Below, piece after piece: positions 6,306 to 15,592 of a DNA stretch of 20,000 nt. Position numbers and translations under genes: made by a program. The first letter of the stretch is position 1, and every line of letters begins with the position of its first letter. The notes under the pieces were generated by a model. The model ran no database searches and was not told the DNA's origin. It worked only from the letters and a program-made list of their open reading frames with translations. The DNA lies in the IMG/VR virus record IMGVR_UViG_3300012973_000875; one strand, given 5' to 3'. Origin of the DNA: an uncultured virus (IMG/VR IMGVR_UViG_3300012973_000875). Lineage: Duplodnaviria; Heunggongvirae; Uroviricota; Caudoviricetes.

Positions 6306-8942
6306 GTGGTCACGACTCGCCCCTCACGGAAGACGGAATACTGGCTCACGGTCTGCCGGAGCCACGCGGTCGACGGCCTGTCGATGACCAAGGTGGCCGA
6401 CCTGGGCGGCGACGGCTCCGACATGCCGTTCGAGCAGGCGTTCTCCAACCTGGCGCACGCCTACATCAAGGACAAGGCCCCCGGCCTGCTCGACTACGAG
6501 GTCGGGTTCCAGCTTGTCGATCGCACCGACGACAACAAGAAGGCCATCGGCGTCTTCGGCTTCAAGGTCGGCTCCAGTTGGCTCCTGGTCCCGGTCTTCT
6601 TCCTGGCCGGCGACCTGAAGGGGCACGAGATCCTCTACATCAAGAACCAGGACACCTTCGTGCCGCTGAAGGAAAACTGGATCAACTACATCCTCAACAA
6701 GAAGCCGCTGTCGCTGGGCGAGGGGGTCGGCCGCAACCCCCGCGAGATCGGCATCCGCAACCCCGACTACTCGCAGTTCGCGCATTCCCCCTCGACCTCG
6801 AAGTCGGCCGCCGCGCGAGCCCGGCGGATCACCCCCGAGGAATCGATCGAATTGGCGGCGACCGCCGCCAAGCTCACCAAGGCCGCCGCCGCGACCATGG
6901 ACGCGGCGACCTTCGAGGTCTTTGACGAGATGCCCGCCTGGGCCAAGGTCGCGACCCACTCGATGGCCGTGGCGATGGCCCGCGACCCCCGCACCATGCC
7001 GGCGATCGGGATCGACTTCCCGGCGATGCTCAAGCTGGCCGGTGTCGACGGGGCCAAGGCGACCCTGGCGATGTGCAGCGCCTACCCGACGGTCGCCCGC
7101 GCGATCGACCAGTTCTACCCCCGCGAAACGATCGACGAGGCGATCCGCCACATCAAGCAGGCGGCCACCCGCGTCTCCACCGTCCTCGACGCCGACGACC
7201 CGATGATCCCCAGCCGCTACCGGGTCCGCCGCGAGCCGCAGTCACGGCAGTCGGTCCTGACCCCGAGTAGCCCGGTCAAGCAGGGCTCGCTCCAGGTCTA
7301 CGCCTACGACCCAGGGCAGGAGTCGAATCTTCCCGCGACGATCGCGGAGAAGGACTACGATAAGCTCCTGCGGGACGGTGTCCTGATCAAGGACACCCGC
7401 AAGGGCGATGACGAGGTCTCGATCGCCTACCACACGACGACGACCCGGCAACTGGTCAACCCCGACGTCACCGGGCTCTACGACGTCATGGTCGCCCCCG
7501 ACCTGTACGAGAAGATGCTGGTGATCCTGGGACCGCACGGCCCCTACGGCCGCCGCGACTTCTGCACGGTGATCGCCCTGGACGGGGCCAAAGGGTGGCT
7601 CAACCTCCACCCGACCTACGTCTGGGTATCCAAGCAGCATTCGACCGACGACCTCCAGGACTGGGCCGACAGCCTGCCCGAGGCCGACTCGATCGACGAC
7701 GGTCAGTACGTGCTGCTCAGTCCCGAGGGAACCGACGGCACGCTGCCGTTCGTCCACGACTCGACGACCGCCGGCAAGATCATCAACGTCCACTTCGACC
7801 TGTTCAGCGGCCGGCCCCGCCAGGCGTACATGCGGGGCGAGTCGCACCAACGCAACTTCGACACCCTGGCGGCCAACAACGACGAGCAGTACGACCGCTG
7901 GAACCACGGCGAGCGGATCAACCTCGGGGGCCGCAAGGGGACGACGATCCGCAGCAACTTCGGCGACGTCTTCATCCCCAAGGGCTGGAAGAAGTTCAAG
8001 ATCGAGGAGGCCGACTACGCCGACGACCAGTGGGATGCCCCGGAATACGACGGCTCGAACCAGACCAAGCGGGTCGTCAAGAGCCTGACCGGCGGCCTGG
8101 GGCAATCGAAGACCCCGCCGATCACCGGAGCCAACGTCGTCGATGTCGAACTGGGGATCTGGCAGAAGGTCTCCTCGGTCACCGACCGGCTGGAGATCCG
8201 CGCGACCGGCACCCGGATCGTGATCGACGGTACGCCGTTCACCAAGCGGGCCGCCCTGATCGAACTGGTCCGCGATCGCGGACTCCGCGAGGTCGTGGCC
8301 CGCGACATGATCGCCGACGCCGAGGGTGCCCTGGTCAAGCGCGGGGCCTCCCGCCGCGCGTACCGCGTCCGCTACGCCCCCTGGGTCAAGGCGGCCGCCG
8401 GTGGTCCGTTCCTGACGCACGGGGCCCCGAGTGCACCCCCCTTCCCCGATCCCGAGTCCTCGGGATCGTCGTTCATGGGCACTGGGTTTGAAACCCAGCA
8501 GCCGCAGGAAATGACGATCCCCGTCGACGACATGAAGCAGGACCAGACCGAGGCCCGCGAGTCGCAGAGCCCGTACACCCCCGACCCGATGGCGGCGCAG
8601 GTCGCCACCCAGGCGGCGCAGACCGGCCAGAAGGAGATCTTCGACACCGCGATGGTCGGCAGCCTGCTCAAGACGACCCGCGATGACCTCTTGGTCGACA
8701 AGCACCTGGGGGCCCTGCTCAAGGGGCTCGACAAGATCGGCCGGCTGCTGTTCCTGCTCTACTGGCACCAGGACGAGTTCGCCGACCGCTACGGCAAGGA
8801 GGCGGTCCCCGAACTGGAGGACTCGCTCCGCAACACGTTCGAGAGCCTGGGCGACCTGGTCCTGTTCCTCAAGCAGCGGACGATCGATCCCTACCCCGAC
8901 GGCGGCACGAGTGTTGACCTGAAGGACACCGCCAACGCCTAA
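6306..8942 (+). CDS. Large putative virion/head protein (878 aa)
   Basis: AAGGAGG SD at 6292-6298, GTG start; long ORF with typical codon bias; many K-x-A motifs (KVAD, KSAAA, KAAAA, KLAG, KQAA, KRAA, KAAAG). Function inferred from context only. Confidence 0.8.
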   Translation: MVTTRPSRKTEYWLTVCRSHAVDGLSMTKVADLGGDGSDMPFEQAFSNLAHAYIKDKAPGLLDYEVGFQLVDRTDDNKKAIGVFGFKVGSSWLLVPVFFLAGDLKGHEILYIKNQDTFVPLKENWINYILNKKPLSLGEGVGRNPREIGIRNPDYSQFAHSPSTSKSAAARARRITPEESIELAATAAKLTKAAAATMDAATFEVFDEMPAWAKVATHSMAVAMARDPRTMPAIGIDFPAMLKLAGVDGAKATLAMCSAYPTVARAIDQFYPRETIDEAIRHIKQAATRVSTVLDADDPMIPSRYRVRREPQSRQSVLTPSSPVKQGSLQVYAYDPGQESNLPATIAEKDYDKLLRDGVLIKDTRKGDDEVSIAYHTTTTRQLVNPDVTGLYDVMVAPDLYEKMLVILGPHGPYGRRDFCTVIALDGAKGWLNLHPTYVWVSKQHSTDDLQDWADSLPEADSIDDGQYVLLSPEGTDGTLPFVHDSTTAGKIINVHFDLFSGRPRQAYMRGESHQRNFDTLAANNDEQYDRWNHGERINLGGRKGTTIRSNFGDVFIPKGWKKFKIEEADYADDQWDAPEYDGSNQTKRVVKSLTGGLGQSKTPPITGANVVDVELGIWQKVSSVTDRLEIRATGTRIVIDGTPFTKRAALIELVRDRGLREVVARDMIADAEGALVKRGASRRAYRVRYAPWVKAAAGGPFLTHGAPSAPPFPDPESSGSSFMGTGFETQQPQEMTIPVDDMKQDQTEARESQSPYTPDPMAAQVATQAAQTGQKEIFDTAMVGSLLKTTRDDLLVDKHLGALLKGLDKIGRLLFLLYWHQDEFADRYGKEAVPELEDSLRNTFESLGDLVLFLKQRTIDPYPDGGTSVDLKDTANA

Positions 8943-8986
8943 TGGCGGTGCGGCGGTAATCAAGACTCCTGTCCGAGGATCGATCG

Positions 8987-9838
8987 ATGATTCACGCCAC
9001 GCTTCACGCGTCACTCCAGATCCAGGGTGCCAATCCTGGTCGGATCCGCCGCCTGTACGACTATGTGCGTCTGGTGCGCGGCTCCGACCTGCCCAACTAC
9101 CCGCAGACGATCGGCGACAGTGTCGGCTTCGTCTACAAGAACGTCGCCGAGTACCTCCAGGGGGTCGATCTGGCCCTGCGGGGGGATGTGCGGGACAACC
9201 CCCACGCGATCCGCCTGATCGACCCGTCGTTCACCTACGCGGTGGCACGGACCGAATTCGCCAAGGGGCAACTCAAAGGGGACGGTGCGACCGGTGCCGC
9301 CGGCGATGCCGCGTTCCGCAAGTACGGGCCCCGGCCCCTCCCCGCGTCCGCCTACGACGGCCGGCGGTCGCAGTCCTGGGGCGACGAGGGGGCGCCTGGC
9401 GGTGCCTACCGCGAGACCCTGTCGCTCATCGGCAGCAGCGCGGCGGTGAAGACCGTCGACGAGGTGGCCGAGGCCGTCTACCACGGCTATCCGGTCGCCC
9501 TGTTCTCGGGGCGGTACGGCTTCGCCATGCTGCCCGACGCCGACGGCTTCCACCGCCCCTCCGGGTCGGCCTGGAACCATGGCTACACGGTCATCGCGAC
9601 CAGCCGCGCGGCGGGTTCGCCGCACGCCTTCGAGCTGCTCAATTGCTGGAGCGATGTCCACGGCAAGCTCCCGCCGCTGGACGGGGTCACGCCGCCGCCC
9701 GGCGTGCTCCGCGTGACGGCCGACGTGCTGCACGAGATGCTCGTGAACGCCGGCGCCGAGTGCTTCGCCTACAGCGGGACCGCGACGTTCACCGCCCGCG
9801 CCGAGGCCCTCGACGCGCTCCTGATCCAACCCCAGTAA
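8987..9838 (+). CDS. Papain-like (C1-fold) peptidase homologue with Ser at the catalytic Cys position
   Basis: QTIGDSVGF aligns with the papain Q-x-x-G-x-C motif; further motifs are YPV, WNHGYTVI (catalytic His) and LLNCW (N-S-W-like). GAGGA SD upstream. Confidence 0.6.
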   Translation: MIHATLHASLQIQGANPGRIRRLYDYVRLVRGSDLPNYPQTIGDSVGFVYKNVAEYLQGVDLALRGDVRDNPHAIRLIDPSFTYAVARTEFAKGQLKGDGATGAAGDAAFRKYGPRPLPASAYDGRRSQSWGDEGAPGGAYRETLSLIGSSAAVKTVDEVAEAVYHGYPVALFSGRYGFAMLPDADGFHRPSGSAWNHGYTVIATSRAAGSPHAFELLNCWSDVHGKLPPLDGVTPPPGVLRVTADVLHEMLVNAGAECFAYSGTATFTARAEALDALLIQPQ

Positions 9839-9848
9839 GGAACCCGCC

Positions 9849-10328
9849 ATGCCGGCCCCGACGATTCTCGATATTGGCCCCGCCACGCCGCTGGTCGCCG
9901 AGGGGGGCAAGACCACGCGTCTGGCCCTGCCGGTGCCCACGATGGGCGAGGTCACGCGGTTGTTCCTTCAGCAGGTGACGATCACCGCGACCAGTGGCGT
10001 GGTGACGGCGGTCGCTCCGGCGACCGACGGGTTCACCTACAGTTGGTACGCGGCGGAGGCCGGCTGCCCGCTGGGCGTCGACAAACCCGTGCTGGCCGTC
10101 TACGAGGACCAGTACCGCCTGGCCCCCGAGACGGTCGTCGAGGCGGGCGACTCGATGGTGACCAAGGACGACAAGCCCGATGACTTCGGTCAGTCGTTCG
10201 CCTACGTCAACCGCGACGGCGGGCACTCGACCCGCCGCCAGCGGCTCTACCTCAAGATCAAGCCCAACGGCACGGGCAACAAGACGTTCATCCTGTTCAT
10301 GACCATCAAGCCGGGATCGGCGAGTTGA
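9849..10328 (+). CDS. Hypothetical beta-rich protein (159 aa), possibly structural
   Basis: TAAGGA SD just upstream; typical codon usage. Confidence 0.75.
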   Translation: MPAPTILDIGPATPLVAEGGKTTRLALPVPTMGEVTRLFLQQVTITATSGVVTAVAPATDGFTYSWYAAEAGCPLGVDKPVLAVYEDQYRLAPETVVEAGDSMVTKDDKPDDFGQSFAYVNRDGGHSTRRQRLYLKIKPNGTGNKTFILFMTIKPGSAS

Positions 10329-10567
10329 TGCTCGCCCACTGGATCACCCGCCGCGTGCGCCTGGCACGGCGGCGGTTGCGGGGCCTGGTCCCGGGCGGTC
10401 CGGTCTGCGACCGCTGCGGCCGGGCCGCCGAATCGTTCACCATGGCCCACGACGTCCGGTGCCGCGCCGTGGGCGACACGCGTCGCTACTGCTTCCGCTG
10501 TTTCACCACGATTGCCCGGCTGCGAGGCTACACTCCGACCTGGTACATCACCCCTCTGGCCGATTAA
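10328..10567 (+). CDS. Small basic protein with two CxxC pairs (putative zinc finger, 79 aa)
   Basis: TGATG coupling with the upstream stop; CDRC and CFRC motifs. Confidence 0.6.
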   Translation: MLAHWITRRVRLARRRLRGLVPGGPVCDRCGRAAESFTMAHDVRCRAVGDTRRYCFRCFTTIARLRGYTPTWYITPLAD

Positions 10568-10578
10568 CGTTAATTAGA

Positions 10579-11556
10579 ATGATTCACGAATTCCTCCCCA
10601 GCAATCCGCGTCGGCCCGTCAACTGGCGGTGGGAACGTGCCCGCGACATCGCCGAGGGAGGCGTGCCGCTTTCCCGCAAATACGACGACGTGTGGGTCCG
10701 CAAGGCGCTCCAGTTCCGCCTGGCCGACCGCGAGGCCACGCTCGAACTCGATCGGCTCTACCTCGTCGATCGGATGCCCGACGTCTTCTGGGCCTACGAA
10801 CTGGCGTTCAACGGCGACGCCGATCGCGGCAACTCGATGCGGTCGGAGATCGAGGCCCGGATCCTCTCCCGCGAGAGTGTCAACGACATCGCCTACCGCT
10901 GCGCCACCAGCCCCGAGGTGATCACCGCCTACGAGAAGCTGTTCTTCAACGTCCTCGACCGGATCGATCGGCTCGCCTACATCACCCACCAGGTCTTCAC
11001 GGCGGCCGCGTTCCAGAGCATCCACGAGCGGGACTACGACCTGCTCTGGAAGATGTTCGGCTACTTCGGCGGCCCGCATGTCCTCGACGTGCTGATCACG
11101 ACCTTCCAGAGCGTGCCGCACCCGACCCGGTCCGACGAGGTCACCGGCTTCATCCAGGACACGGCGATGAACGCGCTGCGGCGCAAGGCGCTGATCGCCT
11201 GCCAGACGCTGGGGGTCAACAGCTTCACCGCGACCGAGATCATCGCCCAGTTCATCAAGCTCCACGAGATCGATCGCGCGGCGGGCGGCGGTGGCGGCCA
11301 GCAGTCGATTTCGGCCAACGTCGAGGCCATGGTCGCGGCCCTGGGGCCGACCTTCGCGATCGGTCGCCACGCCGTCAGCGGTGTGGACTCCCCCATGCTC
11401 GCGCATTACGATAGCCAGGGCACCGAACTCACCGGTGCCGAGATGATCGAGGTCACGACGACCGGCGAAATTGACGCGGCCAAGCGGGATATGGTGGAGC
11501 GGCTCCACTTCCCGCCCCCGCCGATCAAGGACGCCTTCTCCAAGGATACGGGATGA
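10579..11556 (+). CDS. Hypothetical helical protein (325 aa)
   Basis: ATG 10579 follows an AT-rich palindromic spacer; strong coding bias from this point; stop overlaps the next start. Confidence 0.8.
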   Translation: MIHEFLPSNPRRPVNWRWERARDIAEGGVPLSRKYDDVWVRKALQFRLADREATLELDRLYLVDRMPDVFWAYELAFNGDADRGNSMRSEIEARILSRESVNDIAYRCATSPEVITAYEKLFFNVLDRIDRLAYITHQVFTAAAFQSIHERDYDLLWKMFGYFGGPHVLDVLITTFQSVPHPTRSDEVTGFIQDTAMNALRRKALIACQTLGVNSFTATEIIAQFIKLHEIDRAAGGGGGQQSISANVEAMVAALGPTFAIGRHAVSGVDSPMLAHYDSQGTELTGAEMIEVTTTGEIDAAKRDMVERLHFPPPPIKDAFSKDTG

Positions 11557-13025
11557 TGGTCGAACCGATGAACGAGCACGGCGAGCGGCTCATCCTCCGC
11601 GCCCTGGAGGATGTGGCCGAGCACGCCAGCGGGTCGATGTCGCCCAACGACGCGATCGTCAAGGCGGCCTCCGACCACCAGATCCCACCGGGGCATATCC
11701 CCATCCTGGTGCAGGCATACAACACCGGCCGGACCACGCGGCAACGCGAAGCGGGTGACGACCCGCACGAGAAGTCGGCCGACTTCGACCTGGCCTCGAC
11801 CGCCGAGGTCATGGAGGCACTCTACCCGTCGGCGCTCAAGGCGGCCGCCGCCCAGCGGCGGGCCAGTGCGGTCTCCTCGGACTACGACCGCCCGCCCGAC
11901 GCCTGGTACAAGGCGGTCAAGCAGGCCGAGGTCTTCGAGAAGGCCGCCGCCTCGATCCGGCCGAGCATCCTCCCCGAGGGGGTGACCGTCCCCCCGCTGC
12001 CGACGGATCCCACGCTGCCGGTCAAGCGGGCCTACGCCGCCGCCCAGCGGCGACAACGCGATGTCGAGAACGCCCGCCGCGAGGTGGCCGGCTCGCAGGA
12101 CCTGCTGATCGCCAGCCTGACCAAGCTCGCCGCCTACTTCCGCACCCCGGGGCACCTGCCGCTGGCCGAGGTCGCCTACAACGCCACGACCGCGTATGGC
12201 GTCGAGGGGACGGCGGTGCTCGACCACGTCCGCAGCCACCTACCCGCGTCGTTCCAGAAGCAGGCCGCCTACGACGAACGCCCCACCCACGCGGTCAACA
12301 CCCACGTGGCGCCGTACAGCACGATCCGCCAGGCCGTGACCCAGGTCCGCCAGGTGATCGCCGCCAACGACCACTACGTCAAGCTGGCGCAGGCGAACGT
12401 CACGCAGACGGCGGAGGAACTCGCCCCTTTCGTGGCCACCACGCGGTCGTCGAGCGTCCTGGAAGGCGTGAGCGCGAGTCCGTCCTCGGCCCTGGATCCC
12501 ACCGGGACCCAGTCCGCCTTGGGGGCGTCCTTGACCAAACACGCCAATCGAGGACTGGGCGCGTGGTTTCGCGATAATGTGTTCGCCGCCAAGATGACCT
12601 CGGACATCGTCAACAACGTGGCGCAGGGGATGGCGGCCAACCGGCCGAGCAAGAACGACCAGATCAACAAGTCACTCCAGGAGATCTCCTCGCCGTCGCA
12701 CGAGCAGAGCCTCCGCGACATCCGCGCCCGCGCCATGCTCCAGGACATGATGGCCAACGACGAGGTCATCTCCGGCTACGACCCGACCGAGGTCACCGAG
12801 GCATTCAACGGGATCAGCAGCATGGTCCCCCGGATCGCCAATCAGCCGCTCTACGTGCAGGCCCTGCTCCGCAAGCAACTCGCGCAGAAGCACCTCGACA
12901 CGTTCGACTACGACAACCTGACGGGCACGGAAAAGAATCTCAAAGAGATTCACCGCCCCTCGGCACCAGGGATTGGGATCAGGACCAAAGACAATGACAC
13001 CCAACTGCCCAGCGTACTATCTTGA
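11553..13025 (+). CDS. Putative internal head protein, K-x-A rich (490 aa)
   Basis: ATGA coupling; ten K-x-A motifs (VKAAS, EKSAD, LKAAA, VKQAE, EKAAA, VKRAY, TKLAA, QKQAA, VKLAQ, TKHAN). Confidence 0.8.
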   Translation: MMVEPMNEHGERLILRALEDVAEHASGSMSPNDAIVKAASDHQIPPGHIPILVQAYNTGRTTRQREAGDDPHEKSADFDLASTAEVMEALYPSALKAAAAQRRASAVSSDYDRPPDAWYKAVKQAEVFEKAAASIRPSILPEGVTVPPLPTDPTLPVKRAYAAAQRRQRDVENARREVAGSQDLLIASLTKLAAYFRTPGHLPLAEVAYNATTAYGVEGTAVLDHVRSHLPASFQKQAAYDERPTHAVNTHVAPYSTIRQAVTQVRQVIAANDHYVKLAQANVTQTAEELAPFVATTRSSSVLEGVSASPSSALDPTGTQSALGASLTKHANRGLGAWFRDNVFAAKMTSDIVNNVAQGMAANRPSKNDQINKSLQEISSPSHEQSLRDIRARAMLQDMMANDEVISGYDPTEVTEAFNGISSMVPRIANQPLYVQALLRKQLAQKHLDTFDYDNLTGTEKNLKEIHRPSAPGIGIRTKDNDTQLPSVLS

Positions 13026-14073
13026 CCGGGACCCGGCCGAAGCCGCCGAGTTCCTGGCCAAGCTCGCCGTGGCCAGCCGTCGCGTGGGCGGGTTTGTCAA
13101 GGCGGCCGACATGCCTCCCGAGGTCGCGGCCGTGCTCCGTAACGGCCTGATCGGCGCGGGCGTCGGCGGCGTGGCCGGCGGGATCTCCGGGCTGCTCAAT
13201 CGCAAACGCCGCAACCCGCTCCGCACCGCCCTGACCGGGGCGTTGATCGGTGGCGGGCTGGGGGCGTCGGGCACGGCGCTCAAGGGGGTCTACGACAGCT
13301 ACGCCGGCAACGGTCCGCAGGGGGGCCCGGCGTCGATGACCGACCAGGCGGCGGCCAGTCAGGACACGGCCCTGGCCGCCGCCGCCGCCGCCAAGACCCC
13401 GGCGGCCCGGCTCATCGAGCGGATCCCCGGCCTGGGCGGACCCGCTCCGGTCGGACCCCGGAGCACAGCGGCCCAGAAGAACCACACCCTGATCGACGAT
13501 GCGAAGGGCGCCGCTGGCCAGGCCATCGACGCCGGGGGTCAGGCGTTCCAGCAGGACCCGCTCCGGACCGGTCTGTCGGTTGGTGGCGGGATCGCCGGCA
13601 CGGCCGCCGGGATCCGCAGCGGCCAGACCGCCGCACGGAACCAGGCGATCAACTCGCTGGCCACCGACGACGCGGCCATGAGCCGGATGAAGAGCCAGGG
13701 CGGTGCCGACGCCCAGGCCCAGGCGCTACGGACCCAGATGCTCAACCGCCAACTCAGCCCGACCCAGTTCCGCCAGGCGCTGAAGCAGAACCCCGCACTG
13801 GCCGCCGAATACAAGGCGACCAGGGCCCAGACCCCGAGCGTCCGCCGCAGCGCCGGTCGCGGCCTGGCCGGCGGCGCCGTCGGCAGCCTCGCCCCGTTCT
13901 TCGGCGAGCAACTCGCCCGGAAGTATCTGCGCCGGACCCTCCCGGGGTCCCCGGTCGGCCTGCAAGACCTCCCCGGGGTCAACGCACTCGGCCAGCATCT
14001 CCAAGGCGCGCGGCCGCCGCAGGCCGGTGACGCCTGGGGCCTCATCGACAGCTACAAAGGCGGTGGCCGATGA
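12994..14073 (+). CDS. Glycine-zipper protein, putative ejected / membrane-inserting virion protein (359 aa)
   Basis: AGGA at 12981 before ATG 12994; GxxxG hydrophobic hairpins GLIGAGVGGVAGGISGLL / ALTGALIGGGLGASG, GLSVGGGIAGTAAG and GLAGGAVGSLAPFFG; VKAA just before the first zipper. Confidence 0.7.
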   Translation: MTPNCPAYYLDRDPAEAAEFLAKLAVASRRVGGFVKAADMPPEVAAVLRNGLIGAGVGGVAGGISGLLNRKRRNPLRTALTGALIGGGLGASGTALKGVYDSYAGNGPQGGPASMTDQAAASQDTALAAAAAAKTPAARLIERIPGLGGPAPVGPRSTAAQKNHTLIDDAKGAAGQAIDAGGQAFQQDPLRTGLSVGGGIAGTAAGIRSGQTAARNQAINSLATDDAAMSRMKSQGGADAQAQALRTQMLNRQLSPTQFRQALKQNPALAAEYKATRAQTPSVRRSAGRGLAGGAVGSLAPFFGEQLARKYLRRTLPGSPVGLQDLPGVNALGQHLQGARPPQAGDAWGLIDSYKGGGR

Positions 14074-15545
14074 TGTACAAGGTGCTCGCACCCAATTCCT
14101 GGCGGTTCGACGACCCGATCGCCCAGATGGTCAAGGTCTCCTCGCGGGGCCTGCGGGGCCACGACCTCAACAGCTTCATCAAGCGGGCCGGCCACCGGTT
14201 CGTCGACGACCTGGCGATGGTCAAGGCGGGCGAGATCCCGGTCCACCTGATCGCGATCGGGGCCCGCGAATACTACAACGCCAACCGCAACGGCGACGGC
14301 TTCTCCGAGGCGGTCTGCGAGCGGACGCACCCGACGTTCACGAAGTACGCGCGGTTCTACCGCAACCACAAGAACAAGGACCCCAAGATCTCCTACGGCC
14401 GGGTCATCAAGAGTGCCTACCACCAGTCGATGCGCCGCATCGAACTGCTGGTCGGCCTCAACGGCGATGACCGCGCGGTGGCTGCCAACGGCGGCTTCCT
14501 GGCCGACAAGGAGATGGAGAAGCTGGCCAAGGGGGAAGACATCCCGGTGTCGATGGCCTGCCGGGTGCCGTACGACGTCTGCTCGGGGTGCGACAACCAC
14601 GCCCGCAGCCAGGCCGAATACTGCGACGGCGCCATGTGCAAGTACGGCGGGCTGAAGCACAACATCGGCCGCACCTTCGCCGATGGGCACACGCTCTACG
14701 CCGACAACACCGAGCCGACCTTCTTCGACATCTCCAACGTCTACCGTCCGGCCGACCGGATCGCCTACACCTTTGGCCGCCTGGAGAAGGCGGCGGCCGC
14801 CGGCCAGATCGTCTCCGGCGCGGCGCTGGCCGAGGAGCTTGGCCTGGAGATCCCGATCGCGATGCGGATCGACCCGAGCACCCCCGAGCGGGTGGCCCGG
14901 CAGATCAAGATTGCCCACCACATGGCCGAGGCCGAGGTCCAGGCGGCACGCCGGCAGGCCCAACCTGGTGACGCGGCGTTCCATCCGGCCGTCGCCCCGC
15001 CGATCCAGACCTTCCCCGCCGTGACCGAGTCGCGGTCGCGACTGGGCGAAACACTGCACGCGCTGGCCGCCGAGAAGGTCGCGCTGTCGCTGCGGGACTT
15101 CCTGGTCCTGGTCAGCGGCGACGTCAAGCAGGCCGAGGCGGCCCTGCCCGACGTGGCGCAGCAACTGCCCGGCGTCTTCGGCCGCCTGGTCGCCAGCCCG
15201 ACCCTCGACACCGATCTGCGGGAGAACCCGTTCAACCCGTCGCGGGCGACCCCCGCCACGGCCCTGCGGCAGTGGGCCCAGAAGCAGGCCGCCGCGCACA
15301 GCCTGGACGCCGCGCACCGCGCCCGCCGCGCGACCCTGGCGGCGATCCGGTCGGTGCCCGCGCCGGCGGTGCGCACGACGACGGCGGCCATGGAGAAAGA
15401 GGCCGCCGACCACGGCGGCGCCGAGCAACTCGCCCGCCAGTTTGCCATCTACGAGTTGGCGTTCCTTGACGCCGTCAGCGGGCCCGAAGACGCTGGTTTT
15501 CCTAACACCGCCGCTTGTCTGTCCCGAAAGAACTACCTATCCTAG
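14070..15545 (+). CDS. Prohead (capsid maturation) serine protease with Cys-rich insert and C-terminal extension
   Basis: NRNGDGF, FYRNHKN (His codon 14367), GRVIKS, VSMAC (Ser codon 14550), CSGC...C...C insert and FFDISNVYRPAD form the motif order of HK97/herpes-fold prohead proteases. Located upstream of scaffold-like and capsid-like genes. Confidence 0.8.
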   Translation: MMYKVLAPNSWRFDDPIAQMVKVSSRGLRGHDLNSFIKRAGHRFVDDLAMVKAGEIPVHLIAIGAREYYNANRNGDGFSEAVCERTHPTFTKYARFYRNHKNKDPKISYGRVIKSAYHQSMRRIELLVGLNGDDRAVAANGGFLADKEMEKLAKGEDIPVSMACRVPYDVCSGCDNHARSQAEYCDGAMCKYGGLKHNIGRTFADGHTLYADNTEPTFFDISNVYRPADRIAYTFGRLEKAAAAGQIVSGAALAEELGLEIPIAMRIDPSTPERVARQIKIAHHMAEAEVQAARRQAQPGDAAFHPAVAPPIQTFPAVTESRSRLGETLHALAAEKVALSLRDFLVLVSGDVKQAEAALPDVAQQLPGVFGRLVASPTLDTDLRENPFNPSRATPATALRQWAQKQAAAHSLDAAHRARRATLAAIRSVPAPAVRTTTAAMEKEAADHGGAEQLARQFAIYELAFLDAVSGPEDAGFPNTAACLSRKNYLS

Positions 15546-15592
15546 ATTTGCAACAGGATAGGCAGGATGCTGATCGGGCAAGGAGTCCCACG

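Noticed and set aside
8927..8950. 8-bp hairpin over the stop codon of the 878-aa gene
   Set aside because: No U-tract and modest stability for this GC content; not called as a terminator.
7242..9014. Long minus-strand ORFs (590 aa here; also 1809-3026, 14052-15428, 15542-17116)
   Set aside because: Antisense shadows of GC3-rich plus-strand genes, with no motifs or RBS.
10459..10578. Upstream extensions of track ORFs (starts at 4877, 5442, 10459, 12973, 15515, 17588, 18282)
   Set aside because: They overlap other genes or leaders; downstream ATGs fit better by SD and/or codon bias.
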